Program-made: the position numbers and the translations under genes | Source: the human T2T-CHM13v2.0 reference genome, Homo sapiens | DNA: 64,000 nt | Strand: one strand, 5' to 3' | NCBI RefSeq assembly: GCF_009914755.1 | Contig: NC_060938.1 | The notes under the pieces: model-generated | The model's input: the letters and a program-made list of their open reading frames with translations, nothing else | Databases searched by the model: none | Told to the model about the DNA's origin: nothing | Shown here: piece after piece, positions 47,101 to 61,300 of the stretch | How the letters are laid out: each line of letters opens with the position of its first letter | Numbering within the stretch: the first letter of the stretch is position 1

Positions 47101-50100
47101 GAATGGAATGGAAAACAATGGAATGGAATGGAAGTCTCTGGAAAGGAATGAAATGGACTCAATGGAATGGACTGGAATGGAATGGAATGGAATGGAATGT
47201 ACTGGAATGTAATGGACTGGAATGGAATGGATTAGAAAGGAATGGAGTAGAATGGAACGGAATCGAATGGAATGGATTCTAATGCATTTGAATCCACGGA
47301 AAGAAAAAAAATCGAATGCACTCTAATGAAAGGGAATTGAATGGAATGGAATGTATTGGACACGAATGGAATGGACTCGAAAGGAATGGACTTGAATGGA
47401 ATCGTCTTGATTAAAGTGGACCCAAATGGATTGGAATAGAAAGGAATGGAATCGAAAGAAATGGAATCAAATGGAGTTGACTCGAATGGAATGTAATCAA
47501 ATGGAAAGGAATCAGCTGGAATGGAATAGAATGGAATGTACTTGAATTGAATGGATTGGAATGGAATTGTCGCGAATGGAATTGAATGGAATGGATTGGA
47601 GTGGAATAAAATGGAACGGAATGGAATGAAATGGAATGGAAAGGAATGGAATGGAATGGAATGGAATCGAATGGAAAGCAATGGCCTGGAATGGAACTGC
47701 AGGGAATGAAATCAAACGGTATAGAATCTAATGAAATGGAATGCAAATGATTCGAATATATTGGACTGGAAAGGAATGAAATAGAACAAAATGGAATGGA
47801 ATGGAATGGAATGGAATGGAATGGAATGGAATGGATTGGAATGGAATGAAATGGAATGGAATAGAATGGAATTCAATGGACTGGAAAGGATTCAAATGGA
47901 ATGGAATAGAATTGAGTGGAATCGTTTGGAATGGAATAGAATGCAATGGAATGGAATGGAATGGAATGGACTCGAATGGAATGCAATCGAATACAATGGC
48001 ATCTAATGGAATGGAATGGAATGGACTCTAATTGAATGGATCTGAATGGAACTTTCTCGAATGCAATGGAATGGAATGAAAAAGACTCGAATGGAAAGAA
48101 ATGGAATGGCAAGGAATGGAATGGAATGGAATAGAAATTAATTGATTCGAATAGAATGGACGGGAGTGGAATGGAATCACATGGAATGGAATGGAATGGA
48201 ATGGAATGGAATGGAATGGAAGGGAATGGACTCGAATGTAATGGACTTGAATGGAAAGGATTCGAATGGAATGGAGCGGAATGAAATGAAATGAAACGGA
48301 ATAGACTCAAATGTAATGGACTGTAATGGCATGGACTCGAAGGGTATGGACTTGAATAGAATGCAATGGAATACTATGGAATGGAATGGAATCAAATGTA
48401 ATGGACTGGAATGGAATGTGCCCGAATGGAATGTACTCGAATGGAAAGGATTCCGTTGGAATGCAGTCGAATGGAAAGCAATTGAAAGGAAGGAATCGAA
48501 CGGAATGGAATCAAATGGAATGGAATCATGCATTTGAATGAATTGGACCCCTTTGGATTGCACTCGAATGCATTCCAATTGAATGGAATGGAATTGAATG
48601 GAATGGAATCAAATGGAATGGAATCGAATCAAATGCATTGGAATGGAAGGGACTCAATTGGAATGGAATGGAATGGAATGGTCTTGAATGGAATGGAATC
48701 GAATGGAATGCATTACAATCGCAGGGACTCAAATGGAATGGACTGGAATGGAATGGTCTTGAATGGAATGGACTCGAATGCAATGGAATGGAAAGAATGG
48801 CATGAAATATAATGGAATGGAATGGAATCGAATGTAATGGACTGGAATGGAATGGACTCGAATGAAATAGACTCGAATGGAATGGACTCCGTTGGAATGG
48901 ACTCCAATGGAATGCAATCGAATGGAATGCCATCGAATGGAAGAGACTGGAATGGAATGGACTCGAATGGATTGGAATGGAATGGAATGGTATAGAAAGG
49001 AATGGAATGAAATGGAATGCTATGGAATAGTATGGAATGGAATGGAATGGAATTGATTGGAACGGACTCGAATGGAATGGACTCAAATGGAATGGATATG
49101 AATGGAATGGACTCGAATGTTCTGCAATGCAATGTACTTGAAAGGAATGGTCTCCAATGGAATGGACTCATATGGAATGCAATTGAATGGAATGGAATTC
49201 AATGGAATGAAATCGAATGGAGTGGAATGGAATGTACTCTAATTGTATGCACTCTAAAGGAATGCAATAGAAATAATGGAGTGCAATGGAAAAGAATGGA
49301 ACAGAATGGAATGCAATGCAATGGAATGAGATGGAATGGAATGGACTCGAGAGGTGTGGAATGGAATGGATGCAAATGGAATGGTCTGCAATGGAATGGA
49401 CTGGAATGGAATGCAACCTAAAGGAATGGTATCAAATGGAATTGAATCAAATAAAGTGGAATGGAATGGAATTGAAAGGAATGGATTTGAAAGGAATGGA
49501 TTATAATGGAACAGTCTCGAATGGAATGGAATCAAAGTGAACGGAATTGAATGGAATGGATTTGAAAGGAGTAAAATGGAATGGAATCAAATGACCTGGA
49601 ATTGAGTAGAATCGACTTGAATGTAATGGACTTGAATGGAACGGACTCAAATGGAATGGATTTCATTGGAATGGAGTTGAATGGAATGCAACTGAAAGGA
49701 AACATATCGAATGGAATGGAATCAAATGGAATGTAATCATGTACTCGAAAGAAATGGACTCCTTTGGATTGGAAGCAAATGGATTCCAATTGAATGGAAT
49801 GGAATGGAATGGAACGGAATCAAATGTAATGGAATTGAATCTAAAGCAATGGAATGGAAGGGACACAAATGGAATGGACTGGAATGGAATGGTCTTTGAA
49901 TGGAATGGAATCGAATGGAATGCATTACAATCGAAGGGATGCAAATGGAACGGACTGGAATGTAACGGTCTTGAATGGAATGGACTCGAATGGAATGGAA
50001 TGGAAAAAATGGCAGGGAATAGAATGGAATGGAATGGAAACAAATGTAATGTAATGGAATGGAATGTAAAGAATGGAATGGAATAGAAAGGAATGGAATG

Positions 50101-53100
50101 GAATCGAATGTAATGGACTGGAATGGAATGGACTCGAATGAAATGGACTCGAATGGAATGGACTATATTAGAATGGACTGGAATGGAATGGAATCGAATG
50201 AAATGGTCTCGAATGGAATGGACTCCATTGGAATGGACTGGAATGGAATGCAATCAAATGGAATGCAATCGAATGGAAAGGACTGGAATGGAACAGTACA
50301 GAAAGGAATGGAAAGAAATGGAATGCAATGGAATAGAATGGAATGGAATGGAATGGAATGGATTTGAATAGAATGGACTCGAATGGTCTCCAATAGAATG
50401 GAATCAAAAGGAATGCAATTGAATGGAATGGAATCGAATGGAATGAAATCGAATGGAGTAGAATGGAATGGACTCGAATTGAATGCACTCTAAAAAAATG
50501 CAATAGAAAGAATGCAATGGAAAGGAAAGGAAAGGAATGGAAGAGAATGGAATGGAAGGCAAAGGAATGAGATGGAATGGAATGGAATGGACTTGAGCGG
50601 TGTGGAATGGAATGGACACAAATGGAATGGTCTGCAATGGAAAGGACTCGAATGGAATGCAATTGAAAGGAATGGAATCGAATGCAATTGAATCAAATAA
50701 AGTGGAATTGAATGGACTTGAAGGGAATTTACTAGAATGGAACGGTCTCCAATGGAATGGAATCAAAGTGAACGGAATTGAATGGAATGGATTCTAAAGG
50801 ACTGAAATGGAATGGAATCGGATGATCTGGAATTGAATAGAATCGACTTGAATGTAATGGACTCGAATGGAATGGACTCGAATGGAATGGATTTGAATGC
50901 AATAGAATCGGATGGAATGGAATCAAATGGAATGGAATCGAATCAAATGAACATGAAGGGAAAGAACTGGAATGGAAAGGTCTAATGTGGAATGGAATGA
51001 AAAGGAGCAGAATGAAATGGCATAAAATGGAATGCAATGGAATGGAAACGAATGGAATGGAATTGAATGGAATGCAATGGATTCGAGTTGAATGGAAAGA
51101 AATGAAATGGAATGAAATGAAATGGAATGAAATGAAATGGAATGAAATGGAATCAAATGGAATGGAATGGCATCTCATGGAATGGAATTCAATGGAATGT
51201 ACTAGAATGGACTGCAATGGAATGGAATACAAAAGAAAGGAATGGAATGGAATGGAATGGAATGGAATGGAATGGAATGGAATGGCATGGCATGGCAAGG
51301 AATCAAACGGAATGGAACTGCATGGAATGGAAGGGAATGGAGTCTAATAGAATGGCACAAATTGAATAAATTGAAATGGAATGGTCTCGAATGGAATAGA
51401 ATAGAATGGAATGGAATGGAATAGAATGGAATCAAATGGAGTCGAATGGAAAAGAATGGACTGGAATGGAACGGAATAGAGTGGAAAGTAATGGACAGAA
51501 ATGGAATGGACTCGAATGCAATATATTCGAATAGAATGGAATAAAATGGAATGTAATCAAATAGAATGGACTCAAATTGAATGGATTGTAATGGAACGGT
51601 CTCGAAAGGAATGGAATTGCATGCAAAGGAATACAATGGAATGGAATGGAATCGAGTGGAATGGAAAGGAGTGGAATGGAATGGAATGGAATTGAAAGGA
51701 AAGGAAATGAATGGATTGGAAGCAAATGGAATAGAATCCAATGGAATGGAATGGAATGGAAATGAATGGAATGGAATGGAATGGAATGGAATGGAATGAA
51801 ATAGAATGGAATGGAATGGAATGGAATGGAATGGAATGAAATAGAATGGAATGGAATGGAATGGAATGGAATGGAATGGAATTCACTCGATTATAAAGTA
51901 ATGGAATGGAATTGAATGGAATTCACTCGATTGTAAAGTACTGGAATGGAATGGAATGGACTCAAAAAGAGTGGACTCGAATGGAATGGAAAGGAGTGGA
52001 ATGGAATGAAATAGAATGGACTTGAATGTAATGGACTGGAATGTAATAGAATGGAAAGGAATGGACTAAAATTTAATGGACTCCATTGGAATAGACTCCA
52101 AAGGAATGCAATCAATGGAATCAAATGGAATGGAATGGAATGGAATGAACGTGAATTCAATGTACTCGAATGTAATTGACTTGAATGGAATGGACTCGAA
52201 TGGAATACACTCGACTGCAAAGGAATTGAATGGAATGAAATGCAATGGTATTTATTGGAATGGAATGGATTGAAATGGATTGGAATGGACTAGAAAATAA
52301 TGGAGTTGAATGCAACGGACTCGAATGGAATGGAATTGTATGGAATGGATACGAATGGAATGGAATAGAATCAAATTGAATCAAATGGAATGCAATAGAA
52401 GGGAATACAATGGAATGGAATGGAATGGAATGGAATGGACTTGAAGCGAATAAACTCAAATGAATGGAATAGAAGAGAATAGAATGGAAAGGAATGGAAT
52501 GGACTCGAATGGAATAGAATGGAGTGGAATTGAATGGAATGGAATGGATTCGAATGGAGTGGAATGGAAAGAATAGGAATGGAATTGAATGGAATGGCAT
52601 GGAATGGAATGGAATTGCTTGCAATTGAATTGCTTGCAATGGAGTCTAATTGAATGGAGTCAAATGGAAAAGAATGGAATGGAATGGAATGGAATGGAAT
52701 GGAATGGAATGGAATGGATTTGAATGGAATGGAATGGACTGCAATGGAATGGAATGGCATGTAACAGAATCGAACAAAATGGAACGGAATTGAATGGAAA
52801 GGAAAGGACTCGAATGGAATGGAATTGAATGCAATGCACTCGAGTGCAATGGAATCGAATGGAATGTAATAGAATGGAATGAAATACAATGGAATGGATT
52901 GGAAGGGAGTGGAATGGACTGGAATATAATGGAGTCGAATGGAATGGAATTGAATGGAATGGATTCGAATGGAATGGAAACCAATCGAATTGAATCAAAT
53001 GGAATGAAATGGAATGGAATAGAATGGAATGGAACTGAATGGATTCGAATGGAATAGAATAGAATGGAATGGAAGGGAATGGAATAGAATGGAATGGACT

Positions 53101-56100
53101 GGAACGGAATGGACTGGAATGGAATGTGCACAAATGCAACGGACTCAAATGGAATGAATTCGAGCAGAATGGACGTGAATGGTATGTAATGGAATGGACT
53201 CGAATGGAATGGTCTCCATTGGAAGGGACTCAAATGGAATTCAATCGAATGGAATGGACTCGAATGGAATGGAATCTAATGGAATGGAGTAGAATTGATT
53301 AGACACAAATGGAATGAACTAGAATAGAATGGTTTCGCATGGAATTGAATTCAATAGAATGGAATCAAATGGAATGGAATGGAATGGAATTGAATGGAAT
53401 GGACTGGAATCGAATGGAGTGGACTGGAATGGAACACCCTCGAATGGAATGGAATGGCATGGAATGTAATTGAATGGAATGGAGTGCAATGGAAAGGAAT
53501 GGAATCGAATGAAATGGACTGGAATGGAACGTACTGGAATGGAATGGATTCGAATGGAACAGACTCGAATGGAATGGATTCAAAAGGAATGGACTCGAAT
53601 GATCTCTAATGCAATGGGCTCGAATAGAATTTTCTCCAATGGAATGGACTCAAATTCAATGCAATCGAAAGGAATGGAATCGAATGGAATGGAATCAAAA
53701 AAACTGGAATGGAATGGACTCGAAAAGAATGGACAAGAAGGGAACAGTCGCGAATGGAATGGAATTGAATGGAATGGAATGGAACGGACTTGAATGGATC
53801 GAAATCAAAAGGAATGGAGTCTAATGGAATGTAATCGAATGGAATGGACTTGAATTCAATGGATCCGAAAGTAACTGTCTCGAATGGAACGGAATGGAAA
53901 GGAATGGAATGGAATGGAAAGACGCGAATGGAATAAAATTGAATGGAATGGACTCGAATGTAATGGACTGGAATGGAATAGACTCGAAATGAAGGGACTC
54001 GAGTGCAATGGAGTCGAATGGAATATAATAGTATGGAATGAAATCCAATGGAATGGAATTGAGTGCAATGGAATTGAATGCAATGTAGTGGATTGGAATG
54101 AACTGGAATGTAATGGATTCGAAAGGAATGGACTTAAATTGAATGGAATTGAATGGAGTGAAATGGATTGGAATGGAATCGAATCAAAGTAAATGAAAAG
54201 GAAACGAATTGAATCGAATATATTGGTATATAATGTAATGTAAAGAAATGGAATGGAATCGAATTGAACTGAATGAAATGGAATATAATGTAATAGAATG
54301 GAATGGAATGGAATGGAATAGACTTGAATGAAATGGACTCAAAGGGAATCAAATAGAACATAATAGAATGGAATGGAATGGAATGGAATGGCATGGCATG
54401 TAATTGAATCAAACGGAATGGAATCTAATAGGAAAGAATCGAATGGAATGCAAAGGAAAGGAATGTGATGGAATGGAATGGATTTGAAAGCACTGCAATG
54501 GAACGGAATGGACTCGAATGGAATGGACTGGAATGGAACAGTCTCGAATGGAATGGAATGGAATGAAATAGAATGGAATGGAATCTAATGGAATGCAATG
54601 AAATGAAAGGAAACGAATGTAAGGGAATTGAAAGCAATGGTCTGGAATTGAAAGGACTCAAATGGAATGGACTCCAATGGAATGAAGACGAATGGACCGG
54701 AATCAAATGGAATGGAATTGAATAAAATGGAAGGGTATGGAGTGGAAACAAGTGGAGTCGAATGGAATGGAAAGGAATAGAATCGAATGGAATGGAATCC
54801 AGTGGAACGGACTAGAATGGAATGGAGTGGAGTGGAATGGACTCGAATGGAATGGACTCGAATGGAATGGATTTCAATGGAATGGAAGCGAATGGTCTGG
54901 AATGGAATAGACTCGAATGGAATGGACTCAAATGGAATGGACTCAAATGGAGTGCAATGGAATGGAATTGAATGGAATGGAATGGAATGGAATGGAATAG
55001 AATCAAATGCAATGGAATAGAATCGAAAAGACATGAATGGAATGAACGGAATGGAATGGTCTCGAATGGAATGGTACAGAATGCAATATAATCGAAAGGA
55101 ATGTAATCAAATAGAATGGAATCGAATGGAATGGACTTGAATGGAATGCATTTGAATGGAATAGTCTCAAAAGGAATGGAATAGAATGGAATGGATTGTA
55201 GTGGAAAGAAATGGAATGGAATGGAATCAAATGCAATGGAAAGGAATGAAATGGAATGGAATGGAACCAAATGGAAAGTAATGGCTTGGAATGGAATCTA
55301 ATGGAATGGAATCGAATGGAATATAACCTAATGGAATGGAATTGATTCGAATGGAAAGACTGGAAAGGAATGGAATCGAACAAAATGGAATGGAATGGAA
55401 TGGAATGGAATGCAATGGACTGGAAAGGATTCGAAAGGAAAGGACTGGAATTGAGTGAAAGCATATGGAATGGACTCGAATGCAATGGAATGGAATTGAC
55501 TAGGCTATAATGGAAAGGAATGGAATGCAATGGATTTGAATGGAATGGAATGGAATGGAAAGGAATGGACACAAACGGAAAAGAATGGGAGGGAATGAAA
55601 TAAAATGCAATGGAATGGAATGAAATGGAATAAAGTAGAATGAAATGGACTCGAATGGAATGAACTCGAATGTAATGTACTCCATTGGAATGGACTCCAA
55701 AGGAATGCAATCAAATAGAAAGGAATCAAATTAAATGGACTGGAATGTAATGGACTCGAAAAGAATGGACTTGAATGGAATGGTCTCAAATGGAAAATAA
55801 TGGAATGGAATGAAATGGGATCGAATCAACTGGAATGTAAACAAATAGAGCAGAATACAATGGAAACTATGGAATGGAATCAAAAGGGAAGGAATGGAAT
55901 GGAATGAAATGGAATGCAATGGAATGGACTGGAAAAAAATGGAATGGAAAGGAATGGAATGGAATTTAATTGAATGGAATGGAATGGAATGGAATTGGCA
56001 TGAATGGAATGGAATGGTATGGAATGGAATGGACTCGAATGGAATGGAATGGAATGGAATGGAATCTAACGGAATGGAATGGCATGGAATGGAATGGAAT

Positions 56101-58370
56101 GGAATGGAATGGCATGGCATGGAATGGAATGGAATGGAATGGAATGGAATGGCATGGCATGGAATGGAATGGAATGGAATGGAATAGAATGCAATGGAAT
56201 CTAATGGAATGGAATAGAATGCAATGGAATCTAATGGAATGGAAAGGAATGGAATCTAATGGAATGGAATGCAATGGAATGGAATTGAATGGAATCGAAT
56301 AGAATGAAATGGCATTAAATGGAATGTAACAAAATGGAATAAAATTTAATGGAATGGAATGAAAACAAATGGAAATGAATGTAATGGAATGGAATGCAAC
56401 GGAATTGATTCGAATGGAATGGACAGGAATGGAATGGAATGGAATGTATTGGAATGGAATCGAATGTAACGGACTGGAATGGAATGGACTCGAATTAAAT
56501 GGACGGGAATGGAATTGACTCAATTGGAATGGAAAGGGGTGGAATAGAATGCAACAGAGTGAACTTGAATGCAATTTATTTGAATGTAATTGAATGAAAT
56601 GGACTAAAACGGACTGGAAACGAATTGAGTGGAAAGGAATGGACTGGAATGGAAAGGAATGGAAGGGAATGGAATGGAATAGAATGGAATGGAATGGGCT
56701 CGAATGTAATGGACTGCATTGGAATGGACAACAATCTAATGCAATCAAACTGAATGGAATCAAAAGATATGGAATCGAATGGAATGGACTGGATTGCAAT
56801 GGACTCATTTGGAATGGACTGGAAAGGAAAGATATCAAAAAGAATAGAATGGAATGGAATGGAATGGAATCTAATGGAATGGAATGGCATGGAATGGAAT
56901 GGAATGAAATGGCATGGAATAGAATGGAATGGACAACAATGGAATGAATTCAAATCGAATGCAATCAAATGGAATGGAATTGAAAGAAATGGAATGGAAT
57001 GGAATGGATTGCAATGGAATGAAATGGATTGGAATGGAATGGATTGGAAACAAATGGAACGGAATGGAGTGCAATGGATTCGAATGAAATGGAATCGAAT
57101 GAAAAAGAATTGAATTTAATGGAACAGCATGTAATGGAATGGAATGGAAGGACATGAAATGGAATGGAATGGAATGGATTGGACTCAAATGGAATAGAAT
57201 GGAATCGAATGGGGTGGAATGCAACGGAATGGAATGTAATGGAATGAACAAAATGGAATTTAATTGAATGGAAAGGAATTTAATGCAGTGTACTGGAAAG
57301 GATTCGAATGGAATGGACTGGAATTTAGTGGAATCATATGGAATGGAATGGAATGGAATGGAATGGATTGGATTTGAAAGGATTGGAATGCAATCGAATG
57401 GAATAGAATGGAATGGAATGGACTCGAATGAACTTGAATGGACTGGAAAGTAATGGACTAGAGTGGAATGGACTTGAGTGGAATGGCATCAAATGGAACG
57501 GAATCAAATGGAAAGGAATCGAATGGAATGGACATGAATTGAACAGGTTGTAATGGAACAGTCTTGATTGGAATGGAAATGAATGGAATGGAGTGGAATG
57601 GAATGGAGAAGAATGGATTAGAATGGAATGGATAGGAATGAAATGGAATGGAATGGAATCGAATGGAATGGCATGGAATGGAATTGAATGGAATGGAATC
57701 AAATGGAATAGAATCTAATAGAATGGAAAGGAATGGAATGGAATGGTATGGAATGGAGTGGAATGGAAGTGATTCGAATGGAATGGACTGAAATGGAAAG
57801 GAATAAATTGGAATGGAATGGATTGGACTCGAATGTAATGGGTTGGAATAGATTAAACTCGAATGGAATGGATTCGATTGCGATGGATACTAAGGGAATA
57901 CAATTGAATGGAAAGGTATGGAATGGACTTGAATGTAATGGACTGGAATGTAATGGATTCGAATGGAATGTATTCCAATGGAATATACTCAAATGGAATG
58001 GATTCAAATGGAATCAAACAGAATGGAATGGAAGGCAATGGAACAGAATGGAATGGAACGGACTCGAATGTCGTGGACACCATTGGAATGAACTCCAATG
58101 GAATGTAATGGAATGGAATGGAATCGAATGGAATGGAATGGAATGCAGTGGACTCGACAGGAATGGACTGGAATGGAATGGTCTCGAATGGAAAGGAATC
58201 AAATGGAATGGACTCGAATGGAGTGGAATGGAATCGAAAGGATTGGAAGTTAATGGACTCCAATGGAATGGACTCGAATGGAATGGACTGGAATGGAATG
58301 GACTCGAATGGGATGCATTCAAAAGGAATGCAATCGAAAGGAATGGAATGGAATGGAATGGAATGGAATG
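32101..58370 (+). repeat. Human satellite 3 (HSat3)-type diverged (GGAAT)n array
   Basis: GGAAT pentamers with recurrent variants ATCGA, GGACTCGAAT, GGTCTCGAAT and TGAAT. Single orientation, no Alu. Boundaries are approximate. Confidence 0.93.
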
Positions 58371-61300
58371 GAATGGAGTGGAGTGGAATGAAATGTAATT
58401 CAGTGGCATGGATTGGAATGGAATGGAATGGAGTGGAATGGAATGGTAAGGAATGGATTGGAATGGAGTGGAATGGAATGGTGTGGAATGGCACGGAATG
58501 GAGAGGATTTGAAAGGAATGGAGTGGCACGGGGTGTAGTTGAATGGAATGGAACGGTGTGGAGTGGAGTGGAATGGAACAGACTGGAATGGAATGGAATG
58601 GAGTGGAGTGGACTGGAATGGAATGGATTGGAGTGGAGAGGAATGGAATGGAGTGGAATGGAGTGGAGTGGAATGCACAGAATGAAGTGGGGTGTAATTG
58701 AATGGAATGGAATGGAACAGAATGCAATATCTTGGAATGCAGTGGAATGGAAAGGAGTGGAATGGAATGGAATGCAGTGGACTGAAATAGAATGGAAGGG
58801 AATGGAATGGAATGGACTGCAATCGAGAGTAGTTCAGTGGAGAGGAATGGAGTGGATAGGAGTGCGGTGGAATGGAACGGAAGGAAATGTAATGGAATGG
58901 AATGGAATCCAGTTGGGCGAAATAGAGTGGAATGGAGTGAATTGGAATAGAATGGAATGGAGTGGAATGGAATGGAATGGAATGGAATGGAATGGAATGG
59001 AATGGAGGGAAGAAGAGTGGAATCGAATGAAGTGGAATGCAGTGGAGTGGATTGGAACAGAGTGAAATGGGATGTAATGGAAAGGAGTGGAAAAGAAAAG
59101 AGTGGAATGGACAAGAATTGAATGGAACGGAATGGAAGGCAGTGGAGTGGAGTGGAGTGCGGTCGACTAAAATGAAATTGAAAGGAATGAAAAGGAATTG
59201 AACGGAATGGAATGGAATAGAATGCAGTGGAGTGGAAGGGAGTGGAGTGGAATAGAATGTACAGTAATGGAATGGAATGGAGTGCAATGGCATGGAGTAG
59301 AAAGGAATGGAATGGAATGGAGTCGAATGGAATGCAGTGGAATGGAGTGGAGTGGAGTGGAATGGAATGGAGTGGAATGGAGTGAAGTGGAATGGAATGG
59401 AATGGAATGGATCGGTGTGGAAAGGAATGTAATTTAATGGATTGGAGGGAAATAGAGTGGAATCAAGTAGTGGAGTTTAAGGAAGTTGAATGGAGTTGTG
59501 TGGAGTGGATTGGAATGGAATGGAATCGATTGGAGTAGAAAGGAATATAATTTAATGGATTGGCAGTTAATAGAGTGGAATCGAGTAGTGGAATTTAAGG
59601 GAGTTGAATGGAGTTGTGTGGAGTGGATTGGAAAGGAATGAAATGGAGTGTAATGGAGGGGAGAGGAGTGGAGAGGGGTAAAGAGGACTGTAATGGAATG
59701 GAATGGAATGGAATGGAGTGGAATGGAGTGGAGTGGAGTGGAATGGAATGGAATGGAATGGAGTGGAGTGGAATAGAATGGAATTCTATGGAATGGAATG
59801 GAATGGAATGGAATGGAATGGAACGGAATGGAACGGAGCGGAATGCACCGGAATGAAGTGGAGTGGAATGGAATGCAATGGAATCGCATGGAGTGGAATG
59901 GAATGGAATGGAATGGAATGCAATGGCATAGAATGGAGGGAAGTGGAGTGGAATGGAATGGAATGGAACAGAATGGAATGCAATGGAATGGAATGGAATG
60001 GAATGGAATGGCGACGAGTGGAGTGGAGTGGAAAGGAATGGAGTGGAATGTAGTGGAGTGGATTGTAACGGAATGGAGTGTAGTGGAGTGGAGTGGGGTC
60101 GAATGGAAGGACAGTGGAAAGAATGGAATGTAACTGAATGGAATGGAGTGGAGTGCAATGGAATGGAACTGAGTGGAGTGGATTGGAATGGAATGGAATG
60201 GAGTGGAATGGAATGGGAAGGAATGGATTGAAATGAAGTGGAATGAAATCATGTAGAATGACACAGAGTGGAGTGCAGTGGAATAGAATGGAGAGAATGG
60301 AGTGGAGTGGAATGGAATGGATCGGTGTGGAGTGGAGTGGAATGGAATGGAATGGAATGGAATGGAGTGGAGTAGAATGGAATTGAGTGGAGTGCAATGA
60401 ACAGAACGAAGTGGGGTGTAATTGAATGGAAAGTAATGTAATGGAATGCAATAGCTTGGATTGGAGTGGAATGCAATGGAATGGAATGGAATGGAATGGA
60501 ATAGAATGTAATTGACAGTATTGGAAAGGAATGGATTGCAGTGGAATGGAATAGAATAGAGTGCAGTGTAGTGGAGTGGATTGGAGTGTGGTCAAGTGGA
60601 ATGAAATTGAATGGAATAGAATGCAAAGGAATGCAATTTAATGGAATGCAGTGGAGTGTAGGGAAGTGGAGTGGAATAGAATGGACCACAATGGAATGGA
60701 ATGGAATGGAGTGGAATGGAATGGAGTGGGATGGGATGGAATGGAATGGAATGGAATGGAATGGAATGGAATGGAATGGAGTCGAATGTAATGCAGTGGA
60801 ATGGAGTGGAATGGAGTGGAATGGAATGGAGTGGAATGGAGTGGAGCAGAATGGAATGGAATGGACTGGGGTGGAAAGGATTGGGATTTAATAGATTGAA
60901 GTGGAATAGAGAGGAATTGAGTGCAGTGGAATTTAAGGGAGTGGAATGGAATGGATTTGAATGGAGTGTTGAGTGGATTTGAATGGAATGGAATGGAGTG
61001 GAATGGAGTGGAGTGGAGAAGGTTCAATTGGATTGTATTTGAATGTAATGGAATGGAATGGAGAGAATGGAGAGAAGTAGAATAGAATGGAATGGAGAGG
61101 AGTGGAATAGAATGGAATTCAATGGAATGGAATGGAATGGAATGGTGTCGAATGGACTGGAATGGAGTGGAGTGGAAAGGAATGGAATGGAATGGAGTGG
61201 AATGGAAAGGAATGGAATGGAATGGAAAGGAGTGGAATGGAATGGAATGGAGTGGAGTGGAATGGAATGGAATTGATTGGAATGGAATGGATTGTAGTGG

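Noticed and set aside
51881-51940. 40-bp tandem duplication ATTCACTCGATT(A/G)TAAAGTA, and a 15-bp duplication at ~52611-52640
   Set aside because: These are ordinary slippage events in satellite DNA.
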